NCBI GenBank assembly: GCA_965203055.1
Contig: OZ241863.1
Coordinates: 2,304,001 to 2,368,000, forward strand
Length of the DNA stretch: 64,000 nt
Source: Spirochaetia bacterium
GTDB lineage: Bacteria; Spirochaetota; Spirochaetia; SZUA-6; Bin103
Direction of reading: 5' to 3'
Shown: positions 40,045-49,590 of the stretch, piece by piece
How positions within the stretch are numbered: the stretch's first letter is position 1
How the letters are laid out: every line of letters begins with the position of its first letter
Position numbers and translations under genes: made by a program
Notes under the pieces: model-generated
Told to the model about the DNA's origin: nothing
Database searches by the model: none
What the model saw: only the letters and a program-made list of their open reading frames with translations

Positions 40045-41316
40045 TCAACCGGAACCGCCCGGGCCGGTTCCGGCAGTGCGGGGCAGGAAGCGGAAGAATC
40101 GCTTCTTGCCGGCGCGCAGCAGCAACTCGTTCGGACCCGTCAGGTCGATCTGCTCATGGATGTCGGTCCGCACCCTGCCGTCGAGCCACGCCCCGCCCTG
40201 CTCGATCAGCCGGCGCGCGTCGCTCCGGGTGGAACACAGCGCGCTGTCGCCGAACAACCTTAGCAGGGAGGTGGAGTCCCCCATCTCGGGCGGCAGTTCG
40301 GCGCTCGGCAGCGCCGCGGTGTCGCCCCCGCCGGCGGCGAACAGCGCGCGGCTGGTCTGCCGCGCCTGCCGCGCCTGCTCCTCGCCATGCACCATGGCGG
40401 TAAGCTCCATGGCCAACCGCTCCTTGGCCGCGCCGGCCGCGCGGTCGCGCAACCGGCCCAACTCTTCCACGGTGGAATCGGGCAGCAAGGTAAGCAGCGC
40501 CAGCAGCCGGGGCGCGTCGGCGTCCGGCACGTTGATCCAATACTGATAGAACTGGTAGGGACTGACCCGCGCGGGATCGAGGAACAGGGCGCCGGCCGCG
40601 GTCTTGCCCATCTTCTTGCCGTCGGCGGTGGTCACCAGCGGCCAGGTGAGCGCGTGCGCTTCGACCCGCTCCACCCGCCGGATCAGGTCGACGCCGGCCA
40701 GAATGTTGGCCCACTGGTCGTCGCCGCCGAGCTGCAGCAGGCAGCCGTGCCGGCGCTGCAGCTCCAGATAGTCGTAGGCCTGCAGCAAGAGGTAGTTGAA
40801 CTCCAGAAAGCTCAATCCGGTGTCGAGCCGCCGGCGGTAGGTCTCGAAGCCCAGCATGCGGTTCACCGAGAAGTGGCGCCCGATCTCGCGCAGAAAGTCG
40901 AGGTAGCGGAGTTCGGGGAGCCAGTCGGCGTTGTTCACGACGATGGTGCGCTGCAGGTCGATGAAGCGGCCGACCTGGCGCCGCATCAGCTCGGCGTTGC
41001 GCGCCACCGTCTCCACCGGCAGCAGGGGGCGCATGTCGTCCCGGTCGGAGGGGTCGCCGACGCGCGCGGTGCCGCCGCCGATCAGCAGCACCGGCTGGTG
41101 GCCGGCGCGCTGCAGGCGCGCCATCGCCAGCAGGCCGACCAGGTGACCGGCGTGCAGGCTCGGCCCCGTCGGGTCGATGCCCAGGTAGAAGGTAACCTGC
41201 CGCTCGTCGAGGAGCCGGGTCAGGGCCGCGGCGCCGGTGGTCTGTTGGACCAACCCGCGCCGGACCAGAGCCGCAAACGCCCCGCCGCCGTGCCCGTCGC
41301 CGCTGCCGCCGCTCAT
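40045..41316 (-). CDS. tyrS: Tyrosine--tRNA ligase
   Basis: Y.GIDPT..SLHAGH, LLQAYD, GG.DQW.NI, KMGKT, C-terminal S4 domain. Confidence 0.97.
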   Translation of the reverse strand: MSGGSGDGHGGGAFAALVRRGLVQQTTGAAALTRLLDERQVTFYLGIDPTGPSLHAGHLVGLLAMARLQRAGHQPVLLIGGGTARVGDPSDRDDMRPLLPVETVARNAELMRRQVGRFIDLQRTIVVNNADWLPELRYLDFLREIGRHFSVNRMLGFETYRRRLDTGLSFLEFNYLLLQAYDYLELQRRHGCLLQLGGDDQWANILAGVDLIRRVERVEAHALTWPLVTTADGKKMGKTAAGALFLDPARVSPYQFYQYWINVPDADAPRLLALLTLLPDSTVEELGRLRDRAAGAAKERLAMELTAMVHGEEQARQARQTSRALFAAGGGDTAALPSAELPPEMGDSTSLLRLFGDSALCSTRSDARRLIEQGGAWLDGRVRTDIHEQIDLTGPNELLLRAGKKRFFRFLPRTAGTGPGGSG

Positions 41317-42644
41317 GCCGCGCCGGCGCGCCGGTAGCCGCGCGTCGCCTCGTGCAGGCGGGCCGGCAGCTCGCGGCGCGCCACCCGCTCCTGCTTGGTG
41401 GAATCACGGAACCGCAGCGTGACCGTATCGTCATCCATCGTCCGGTAGTCCACGGTAACGCAGTACGGCGTGCCGATCTCGTCCTGGCGGCGGTAGCGGC
41501 GGCCGATGGCGCCGCCCTGATCGTAGAAGGTGGCGAACGATTCGCGCAGCTCCGCCTCGATGGCCCGCGCCCGTTCCGCCAAGCCATCTTTCTTGACCAG
41601 CGGGAACACGCCCGCGGTGACCGGGGCCACGCGCGGATGGAAGCGCAGCACCACGCGGCGCTCGCCGCCCACCTCGTCTTCGGCGTAGGCGTCGGCCAGG
41701 GCCATCAGCACCGAGCGGGTAAGCCCCACCGCGGTTTCGATGATGAACGGCACGTAGCGCTCGCGGCTGGTTTCGTCCAGATAGCTCAGGTCCTTGCCGG
41801 CGAACTCCATGTGCCGCTTCAGGTCGTAGTCGGTGCGGTTGTGGATGCCTTCCAGCTCCTGCCAGCCGAACGGGAAGCGGTACTGGATGTCGTAGGCGTC
41901 GCGCGCGTAGTGGGCCAGCTCGCCGGGGCCGTGCTGGTGAAAGCGCAGGTTGTCGGGGTCGATGCCGAGGTCGAGGTAGTACTGAAAGCGCCGCTGCTTC
42001 CAGTGTTCGAACCAGCGTACGTCGTCGCCGGGATGCACGAAGTACTGCATCTCCATCTGCTCGAACTCGCAGGTGCGGAAGATGAAGCTCTTGGTGGTGA
42101 TCTCGTTGCGGAATGCCTTGCCGACCTGGGCGATGCCGAACGGAATCTTGAGACGGCTCGACTGCAGCACGTTCTTGAAGTTGACGTAGCTGCCCTGGGC
42201 GGTCTCGGGACGCAGATACACCACGCCGGCGGCATCCCGGACCGGTCCGAGGTGGGTTTGGAACATCAGATTGAACTGGCGCGCGGCGGTCAGCTCCGGC
42301 TTCCCGCACTGGGGGCACACTCCGCCGCCGGCGTCGTCGAGCTGGTCGGCGCGGAAGCGCGCCTTGCAGTTGCGGCAGTCCACCAGCGGGTCGGTGAAGT
42401 TGGCGACGTGGCCGGACGCCTCCCAGACGCGCGGGTGCATCAGGATGGCGGCGTCGATCCCGACGATGTTGTCGTGGAGCTGCGTCATCTCGCGCCACCA
42501 CACGTCGCGCAGCCGGTTCTTGAGGGCCGCGCCAAGAGGGCCGTAGTCCCACGCCGAAGCAAGACCGCCGTAGACGTCGCTGGAGGGAAAGATGAAGCCG
42601 CGCCGCTTGCACAGCGCGACCAGCGTGTCCATGGAAACCGCCAC
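41313..42644 (-). CDS. glyQS: Glycine--tRNA ligase, dimeric type
   Basis: KRRGF, YDYGP-like WDYGPLG, YLRPETAQG, GKAFRNEIT, IGRRYRRQDEIGTP; GGAGG before GTG 42644. Confidence 0.97.
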   Translation of the reverse strand: MAVSMDTLVALCKRRGFIFPSSDVYGGLASAWDYGPLGAALKNRLRDVWWREMTQLHDNIVGIDAAILMHPRVWEASGHVANFTDPLVDCRNCKARFRADQLDDAGGGVCPQCGKPELTAARQFNLMFQTHLGPVRDAAGVVYLRPETAQGSYVNFKNVLQSSRLKIPFGIAQVGKAFRNEITTKSFIFRTCEFEQMEMQYFVHPGDDVRWFEHWKQRRFQYYLDLGIDPDNLRFHQHGPGELAHYARDAYDIQYRFPFGWQELEGIHNRTDYDLKRHMEFAGKDLSYLDETSRERYVPFIIETAVGLTRSVLMALADAYAEDEVGGERRVVLRFHPRVAPVTAGVFPLVKKDGLAERARAIEAELRESFATFYDQGGAIGRRYRRQDEIGTPYCVTVDYRTMDDDTVTLRFRDSTKQERVARRELPARLHEATRGYRRAGAA

Positions 42645-42649
42645 CGCGC

Positions 42650-44104
42650 CTAGCCTCCGGCGGCGCCGGCCGCGGCTTGGTCCAGGGTTGCCAGCGCCTG
42701 CGCCAAGCGGCGCCGCACCCGGGGCCCGCCGAGCAGGCGCAGGGAACCGAACAACGGCGGCGACACCCGGCTTCCGGTCGCCGCCAGTCGAATCGTCATC
42801 ATCAAGTCTCCAAATTTCACGCCCTGCGCTGCGGCCAACTCGCGGAGCCGTTCCTCCAGCCGCTGGTCGTCGGCTTCCCGCGGCGGTTCCTGCAGCAGCG
42901 CCGCGGCCGCCCGCAGCAGCGCCGCGGCGCGGCGCGGGGTCAGGCGCTTGGGCACCAGTTCCGCGGCGGTCAGCGGCGCGCCGCCGGCCAGGAATGCCGC
43001 CCGCCGCGGCGCCTCGTCGAGCGCCGTGAGGCGTTCGCGCAGCAGCGCCGCGAGCGCCGCCTGCTCCCGGTCTTCCAACTCGATGCCCGCCGCCTGCAGG
43101 TGCGGCGCGATGGCCGCGGCCAGGCGCTGCGGAGGTAACATACGGATGTACTGGCCGTTGAACCACTCCAGCTTGCGATGATCGAACACCGCGCCGGAGC
43201 GGCCGAGCCGCTCCAGGCTGAAGGCGCGCTCCAGTTCGTCGAGGCGGAACAGCTCGCGGTCGTCGCCGGGCGACCAGCCGAGCAGCGCCAGGTAGTTGAC
43301 CAGCGCCGCGGGCAGGAAGCCGCGCCGGCGGAACTCGCCGATGCCGGTGGCCCCGTGGCGCTTGGCCAGCTTCCTGCCGTCGGGACCGTTGACCGCCGGC
43401 AGATGGGCGTAGCGCGGCGGCTGCCAGCCGCAGGCCGCGAAGATCAGCAGGTGCAGCGGCGCCGACGAGACCCATTCCTGCGCGCGCAGCACGTGGCTGA
43501 TGCGCATCGCGTGGTCGTCGGCAATCGCGGCCAGGTGATAGGTGGGAAAGCCATCGCTCTTCAGCAGCACCGGATCGGGATTGAGGTCCGCGTTGCGGCG
43601 CTCGATCGTGCCCAGGAGGAGATCCTCGTAGCGCGTCGCGCCCTCCAGCGGCACCTTGAACCGGATCACGGAGGGCGCCGCGCTGCGCGCCCGGGCGGCG
43701 TGTTCGGCCGGCGTCAGGTTGCGGCAGCGGCGGTCGTAGCCGTTGTTCGCGGCGCGCACCCGTTCCAGGCGTTCGGCGGCGCAGTAGCAGCGGTAGGCGC
43801 GGCCCTCCCGCAGCAGCCGTTCGGCCACGGCGCGGTAGCGGTCCAGCCGCTCCGATTGCACGTAGGGCGCGTAGGGTCCGCCCACGTCCGGGCCCTCGTC
43901 CCAGCGGAGGCCGAGCCACGAGAGGGTGTCGTACACGTCCTGCAGCGCGCCCGGGTCGAACCGCCGGCGGTCGGTATCCTCGATGCGCAACACGAACGTG
44001 CCGCCGCAGGAGCGGGCCAGCAGGTAGTCGAACAGGGCGGTACGAACGTTGCCGACGTGCTGGCGGCCGGTAGGAGAAGGCGCGTAGCGCACGCGAACTG
44101 ACAT
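42650..44104 (-). CDS. gltX: Glutamate--tRNA ligase
   Basis: RYAPSPTG..HVGN, LRIEDTD, PY.QSER, KSDGFPTYH, KLAKR. Confidence 0.97.
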   Translation of the reverse strand: MSVRVRYAPSPTGRQHVGNVRTALFDYLLARSCGGTFVLRIEDTDRRRFDPGALQDVYDTLSWLGLRWDEGPDVGGPYAPYVQSERLDRYRAVAERLLREGRAYRCYCAAERLERVRAANNGYDRRCRNLTPAEHAARARSAAPSVIRFKVPLEGATRYEDLLLGTIERRNADLNPDPVLLKSDGFPTYHLAAIADDHAMRISHVLRAQEWVSSAPLHLLIFAACGWQPPRYAHLPAVNGPDGRKLAKRHGATGIGEFRRRGFLPAALVNYLALLGWSPGDDRELFRLDELERAFSLERLGRSGAVFDHRKLEWFNGQYIRMLPPQRLAAAIAPHLQAAGIELEDREQAALAALLRERLTALDEAPRRAAFLAGGAPLTAAELVPKRLTPRRAAALLRAAAALLQEPPREADDQRLEERLRELAAAQGVKFGDLMMTIRLAATGSRVSPPLFGSLRLLGGPRVRRRLAQALATLDQAAAGAAGG

Positions 44105-44220
44105 GCGGCGTGACTAGAGACTCCCTGCCGGCGGCGCGTCAAGAGCACGGCGGCCGCGGGGGCCGCGGGCGTTGCCGGGCGCGCGGGGCGCCGCGGCGGC
44201 GCCCCGCCGGCCCCGGCTCG

Positions 44221-45783
44221 TCACATGCCCCACACGTCGACCGGCGCGGCTGCGGCGCCGCGGCGGTGGAATATCTTCTCCTCCCAGGTGCGGTGCTCCC
44301 GGCAGTCGATCACCACCAGATGCCCGGCCTCCGCCGCGCAGCGCGCCATGTACCCCGCGGTCTGCTCCACCCCCTCGGCGATGGTCCGCTCCAGCCCGTC
44401 CCGCTCCCGCACCACCTTGCACTCCACCACCACCTCCTGCACCCGCACCCCCGCCGGCCACACGATCAGCAGGTCGACCCGCCCGCGGCCCAGCGCGTAC
44501 TCCCGCTCGATGCGCCCGCCTCCGTTCACCACCCGCTGCAGGTACGCCTGCAGCAGCAACTGCGGCCACGCCTCCGCATAGGCAAAGCGGTCGCGCCAGT
44601 GCTCGGAGTGGCGCCGGAAGAAGCTCTGGAACTCCTCCAGCAGCAGCGCCGCGTCAAGGCTGCCGTCCGCGCGTACGTAGCGCGGCGGCGAAAGATCGAG
44701 CGTCTCCTGCGCCACCCACGACAGCTCGCGCGGCAGCACCTCGGCGTAGATCGGGTTGGCGATGCGCACCGGCGCCTCGCGGGCGAGCAGCCCGAGGTCG
44801 CGCGCGTAGCCGAGGTCGCGGTCGCTGATGGCGTAGTGGTCGGCGCCGGTCAGCATCGGCTCAATCACCCGCCGCACGCGCTCCTCACGCAGCTTGTCCG
44901 CCAGGTAGTCGAGGTGGGTCACCCGTTCGACGATCAGCTCCTCGCGGACGGCTGCGACGGCGGCGGCGGTGACCGGGCGCGAACGGTCGTCGCGCAGCGC
45001 CTTGTTGCGGAAGCAGGCGCCGTAGGCCAGAGCGTTGACCAGCCATGGCTGGCCGCAGGTCTGCGTCCACACCGCTTCCAGCGCCTCCGGCGCGAACTCC
45101 TGGCCGGTCGCCTCGGTATGCTGGCCGAGCAGGCCCAGCGTCTCGTCACGCGAGAAGTCGCCCAGCCGCAACGACGCCGCGGCGATGTTGAACGGGCTGC
45201 CGGTTGCGCCCATGCGGTAGTCGCGCACGTCGCGCAGGCCGCATAGCACGACGCTCTGTGGGAAGCGTTCGGGGCGATTCGGATAGCCGGCGCGAAGTTG
45301 CTGCAGCACCGCCAGCAGCGAGTCGCCCACCAGCGTGTCGATCTCGTCGATCAACAGCACCAGCGGGCGCGGCGCCTCCTCCGCCCAACGCGAGAGCGCT
45401 TCGCCCAGCGCCAGATCCGGCCCGACCTCGGCGAGGGTATCCGCCCAGATGCCTTGCAGGAACCGGTCGCCCAAGGCCCAACTCGCCGCCCGCGCCAGCG
45501 CGACAAGCACTACGCGCAACGCCCGCTGAACGTCGTCTCGGGCGGTGCGGGCGGTTTCCACGGTGACGTAGACGCAGTGGTAGCCACGTTCGTTCAGCAA
45601 CTCGGCCAGCGCCAGCAACGCCGAGGTCTTGCCGGTCTGCCGCGGCGCGTGCAGCACGAAGTACTTCTTGTCCCGCACCAGGCCGAGCACTTCGTCCAGA
45701 TCGATCCGCGACAGCGGCGGGATCAAGTAATGATCGGCCGGTCTGACCGGACCGGCAGTGTTGAATGATCGCCTGGTCACCAT
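44221..45783 (-). CDS. AAA ATPase with C-terminal PD-(D/E)XK nuclease-like domain, copy 1
   Basis: FNTAGP, HAPRQTGKTS, LLIDEID, SPFNI, REYALGRGRVDL....VVECK; TACACT 8 nt before ATG 45783. Confidence 0.88.
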   Translation of the reverse strand: MVTRRSFNTAGPVRPADHYLIPPLSRIDLDEVLGLVRDKKYFVLHAPRQTGKTSALLALAELLNERGYHCVYVTVETARTARDDVQRALRVVLVALARAASWALGDRFLQGIWADTLAEVGPDLALGEALSRWAEEAPRPLVLLIDEIDTLVGDSLLAVLQQLRAGYPNRPERFPQSVVLCGLRDVRDYRMGATGSPFNIAAASLRLGDFSRDETLGLLGQHTEATGQEFAPEALEAVWTQTCGQPWLVNALAYGACFRNKALRDDRSRPVTAAAVAAVREELIVERVTHLDYLADKLREERVRRVIEPMLTGADHYAISDRDLGYARDLGLLAREAPVRIANPIYAEVLPRELSWVAQETLDLSPPRYVRADGSLDAALLLEEFQSFFRRHSEHWRDRFAYAEAWPQLLLQAYLQRVVNGGGRIEREYALGRGRVDLLIVWPAGVRVQEVVVECKVVRERDGLERTIAEGVEQTAGYMARCAAEAGHLVVIDCREHRTWEEKIFHRRGAAAAPVDVWGM

Positions 45784-45827
45784 CTGCCCGGAGTGTAGCA
45801 TGGGCGGCCGTTCCGTCCCGGTGGTGA

Positions 45828-47399
45828 TCACATGCCCCACACGTCGACCGGCGCGGCGCCGGCGCCGCGCCGGTGGTGGAATATCTTCTCCTCCCAGGTC
45901 CGGTGCTCCCGGCAGTCGATCACCACCAGGTGCGCCGCCTCCGCCGCGCAGCGCGCCGCGTACCCCGCCGTCTGCTCCACCCCCTCGGCGATGATCCGCT
46001 CCAGCCCGTCCCGCTCCCGCACCACCTTGCACTCCACCACCACATCCTGCACCCGCTGCGCCAGCGACCGCTCCCCCACCGGCCACACGATCAGCAGGTC
46101 GACCCGCCCCCGCCCCAGCGCGTACTCCCGCTCGATCCGCCCGCCCCCGTTCACCACCCGCTGCAGGTACGCCTGCAGCAGCAACTGCGGCCACGCCTCC
46201 GCGTAGGCGAAGCGGTCGCGCCAGTGCTCGGAGTGGCGCCGGAAGAAGCTCTGGAACTCCTCCAGCAGCAATGCCGCGTCCAGGCTGCCGTCCGCGCGCA
46301 CGTAGCGCGGCGGCGAAAGGTCGAGCGTCTCCTGCGCCACCCACGACAGCTCGCGCGGCAGCACCTCGGCGTAGATCGGGTTGGCGATGCGCACCGGCGC
46401 CTCGCGGGCGAGCAGCCCCAGGTCGCGCGCGTAGCCCAGGTCGCGGTCGCTGATGGCGTAGCGGTCGGCGCCGGTGAGCATCGGCTCGATCACCCGCCGC
46501 ACGCGCTCCTCGCGCAGCTTGTCCGCCAGGTAGTCCAGGTGGGTTACCCGTTCGACGATCAGCTCCTCGCGGACGGCGGCGACCGCGGCGGCGGTGACCG
46601 GACGCGAACGGTCGTCGCGCAGCGCCTTGTTGCGGAAGCAGGCGCCGTAGGCCAGCGCGTTGACCAGCCACGGCTGGCCGCAGGTCTGCGTCCAGACCGC
46701 CTCCAACGCCTCCGGCGCGAACGGCTGGCCGGTCTGCTCGGTATGCTGGCCGAGCAGGGCCAGCGTCTCGTCACGCGAGAAGTCGCCCAGCCGCAACGAC
46801 TTGGCGGCGATGTTGAAGGGGCTGCCGATCGCGCCCATGCGGTAGTCGCGCACGTCGCGCAGGCCGCACAGCACGACGCTCTGCGGGAAGCGCGCCGGAC
46901 GGTCGGGGTAGCCGGCGCGGAGTTGCTGCAGCACCGACAGCAGCGAGTCGCCCACCAGCGTGTCGATCTCGTCGATCAACAGCACCAGCGGGCGCGGCGC
47001 CTCCTCCGCCCAACGCGAGAGCGCTTGGCCCAGCGCCTCGTCAGGGCCGAAATCGGCGAGAATCTCAGCCCAAACGCCATGCAGGAAACGATCGCGCAGC
47101 GTCGCGCGCGCCTGGGACGCCAGCCTGATGAGCACCGAGCGCATCGCCCGCGCCACGTCGTCGCGGGCGGTGCGGGCGGTTTCCACCGTGACGTACACGC
47201 AGTGGTAGCCACTTTCGTTCAGCAACTCGGCCAGCGCCAGCAGCGCCGAGGTCTTGCCGGTCTGCCGCGGCGCGTGCAGCACGAAGTACTTCTCGTCTGC
47301 CACCAGGCGCAGGACCTCATCCAGGTCAAGGCGCGCCAGCGGCGGAATGCAGTAGTGCCGGTCGGATTTGACCGGACCGGCGGTGTTGAATGATCTCAT
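45828..47399 (-). CDS. AAA ATPase with C-terminal PD-(D/E)XK nuclease-like domain, copy 2
   Basis: Same motifs; near-identical to copy 1 over most of its length. Confidence 0.88.
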   Translation of the reverse strand: MRSFNTAGPVKSDRHYCIPPLARLDLDEVLRLVADEKYFVLHAPRQTGKTSALLALAELLNESGYHCVYVTVETARTARDDVARAMRSVLIRLASQARATLRDRFLHGVWAEILADFGPDEALGQALSRWAEEAPRPLVLLIDEIDTLVGDSLLSVLQQLRAGYPDRPARFPQSVVLCGLRDVRDYRMGAIGSPFNIAAKSLRLGDFSRDETLALLGQHTEQTGQPFAPEALEAVWTQTCGQPWLVNALAYGACFRNKALRDDRSRPVTAAAVAAVREELIVERVTHLDYLADKLREERVRRVIEPMLTGADRYAISDRDLGYARDLGLLAREAPVRIANPIYAEVLPRELSWVAQETLDLSPPRYVRADGSLDAALLLEEFQSFFRRHSEHWRDRFAYAEAWPQLLLQAYLQRVVNGGGRIEREYALGRGRVDLLIVWPVGERSLAQRVQDVVVECKVVRERDGLERIIAEGVEQTAGYAARCAAEAAHLVVIDCREHRTWEEKIFHHRRGAGAAPVDVWGM

Positions 47400-47450
47400 G
47401 GCTCGCCCCGCGCGCGGCGGCTCTGGAGGCTGCCGCCGTTTCTCAGTCGA

Positions 47451-48374
47451 TCATATCGGCAATGTCGTTGCGCGGGCAGCCGCATCCGTCCACTCCTTCA
47501 TCTTCTCTAACACGTCGTTGCTCACGTTATCGCAGAAATCGACGATGCGGCACCGATCGAACAGCAAACCCGCATCGATCGCAATATCATACCGATTGAC
47601 TCTCGACAAAGCCTCCGCAACAAAGAACATCCGTACCGGAACGAACGCCGGAAACGAATGAAGCCACTTTTTGCAGAACGAATCAGGTTGTAGATCAGCA
47701 AAGTTATCTCGGAAATTAGTTCCCGTCTTGCACTGACCGAACGCAATGAGCTTTCCCGGCAGACGGTCGGCGAAATGCTTCCATGCCACAATGTCCAATT
47801 TGCCGTCGTTTGCCGTAGTCCGACCACTTCCGTGACGATAGAAACCATCACCCTCCTCCAGCCTGCCACACAGGTCATTGATCTTGTTCTCGAATCCGAC
47901 TCCTGAAGGGCCGTGACCGAAGACCATGCTTTCAGCACGCGCGCCAAGGTATTCACGTGCGGCCTCCGCGGATAGATCTTCCAAGAGTGATGCTCCGTCG
48001 ATACCAGCGTGGCGCCGATTGCTTTGCATATTCAGTCTCGTCGCCAAGAGCAGATAACGGTAGACAGCGTATCGCTGATTTCCGCTGCCTCCGGACATCT
48101 TCATGGTATATCCGTACTGGTCGATCGAAAACGGGTATCCTCCTCGACATGCTTCCCTGCGCCGTTCGATCTCGGAATATGCGCCTTCGACTACCTCCGT
48201 TATTGCCTCCTCCTCCGGCACGCCTTCCGAGTAGTCGTTCTCGTCGAGCCTGCCGAGGGCTGCGCGGACCTCGTTGAGCGACGTGCCGCCGCCTCTCCAG
48301 CAAACCAACTCGGCGAAGTCGGCAACCTCGTAGGCAGGCGCGCGCGGGGATGGCAGGCCCGGCCACTTGAACAT
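47451..48374 (-). CDS. Putative restriction-endonuclease-fold (PD-(D/E)XK, D...QxK) protein
   Basis: DGKLDIVAW.....GKLIAFGQCKTG; TGATG-coupled to ParB-like gene; lower GC. Confidence 0.65.
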   Translation of the reverse strand: MFKWPGLPSPRAPAYEVADFAELVCWRGGGTSLNEVRAALGRLDENDYSEGVPEEEAITEVVEGAYSEIERRREACRGGYPFSIDQYGYTMKMSGGSGNQRYAVYRYLLLATRLNMQSNRRHAGIDGASLLEDLSAEAAREYLGARAESMVFGHGPSGVGFENKINDLCGRLEEGDGFYRHGSGRTTANDGKLDIVAWKHFADRLPGKLIAFGQCKTGTNFRDNFADLQPDSFCKKWLHSFPAFVPVRMFFVAEALSRVNRYDIAIDAGLLFDRCRIVDFCDNVSNDVLEKMKEWTDAAARATTLPI

Positions 48375-49477
48375 CAGCCGGCCTCGGCTACCCGCCGCCG
48401 CCTTCGCCGGTGTCCCTTTCGGTGCATCTCTTCGTAGAGATCGTTCGCAAGGTCCGCCACCGCATCGGCAACGCTGAGCAGCCTCTCGGAACCATCGTAT
48501 CCGGTCGAGAGCATACCGCGAGCCCTCTGGAGATTGCGCTTCGCCGCAAACAAGGATTCCTCGAAGACCGTCGATGACGGACGACTCTGTTCAAAGGCGG
48601 ACGCCAAGTCGTTGTTGGCGCGAAGCGCTGCGACCGATTCCCTGCTGCTCAAGACCGATTCAAGTTGGCGAAGGTGCGGATTCTGGGTTTCTACGACGGG
48701 AGGCCGCTCTTGCTTCTTGCTGCCGTACATCCACAGGAAGAGCTCGCCGAGCTCGGTACTCCGCTCAGCAGGAACCGGCTCAGGTTCGTCCCAAGAATCG
48801 GATTGCAAACCGATGAAGTCGCATATTCCTGAATAATTCAGACCGGTGTAGAGATGAGAGAACGAGAAATGGTTTCGCCATCGATCGTCGCGACTGAACA
48901 CCTGCATCCGCTCGGCCTGCTCGATCACCATGAGGCCACGGAACAGCCGCTGAACGGTTCGGTGTGTGTCGCCGATCTGCTTGGCGATATCTTCAAGCCG
49001 GACGCCAAAACGTCGATGTACGTCGGCGATGTACTGGGCCTTCGCATAGCTGCTCCATTTTGCCGGACCGTTTACATGCTTGAAACCGAGATAGCGCCAC
49101 GAATCTCCGCGGGTGCCGATTACCACGGGAAGCTCGCTGAGTTCCTGCTTCTCTTGCGCGGTAATCTCTGGAATGTCGGCCGTCGAGAACTCGAACTCCT
49201 CGGGAGTCAACAAGATGCGGACTGCGGCAAGCCGGCGGTTGCCTTCGATGACTACGTTCTTCCCGTTCTCTCGATCCACGATCAGCGGCTCATGGCTGAA
49301 GAACCCGCTGGCCGCAATGGAAAGTACCAGCTCGCGTACGTCCATTGCATCCCATAGCACTTGTATGACCTCTGATTCCGTTGAATCTTCGGTCAGTTCG
49401 AACTCAGGTAGCCGAGGGTTCTTGGGATCGAAGCGGAGCGCCGATACGGGCAACCGTTCGACCGGATTGTCTTCCAT
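48374..49477 (-). CDS. ParB/Srx N-terminal domain protein
   Basis: L.FDPKNPRL, L.LSI..SGF..HEPLIV, VVIEGNRRLAA, H..G..KW, HTH-like IAKQIG; GGAGG before ATG 49477. Confidence 0.85.
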   Translation of the reverse strand: MEDNPVERLPVSALRFDPKNPRLPEFELTEDSTESEVIQVLWDAMDVRELVLSIAASGFFSHEPLIVDRENGKNVVIEGNRRLAAVRILLTPEEFEFSTADIPEITAQEKQELSELPVVIGTRGDSWRYLGFKHVNGPAKWSSYAKAQYIADVHRRFGVRLEDIAKQIGDTHRTVQRLFRGLMVIEQAERMQVFSRDDRWRNHFSFSHLYTGLNYSGICDFIGLQSDSWDEPEPVPAERSTELGELFLWMYGSKKQERPPVVETQNPHLRQLESVLSSRESVAALRANNDLASAFEQSRPSSTVFEESLFAAKRNLQRARGMLSTGYDGSERLLSVADAVADLANDLYEEMHRKGHRRRRRRVAEAG

Positions 49478-49590
49478 GAGACCTCCGTTACTGCCCGCAA
49501 CCATGCGGGCGACAATATGCGGCGGCGGTCCCGGCGCGGGGTACTACTATACCGCGGCGGGGTAGCTGCCGGCGTAATCGGTGGCGGCGT

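Noticed and set aside
44221..47399. Diversity-generating retroelement TR/VR pair
   Set aside because: Both copies are full genes, differences are not adenine-specific and no reverse transcriptase is present
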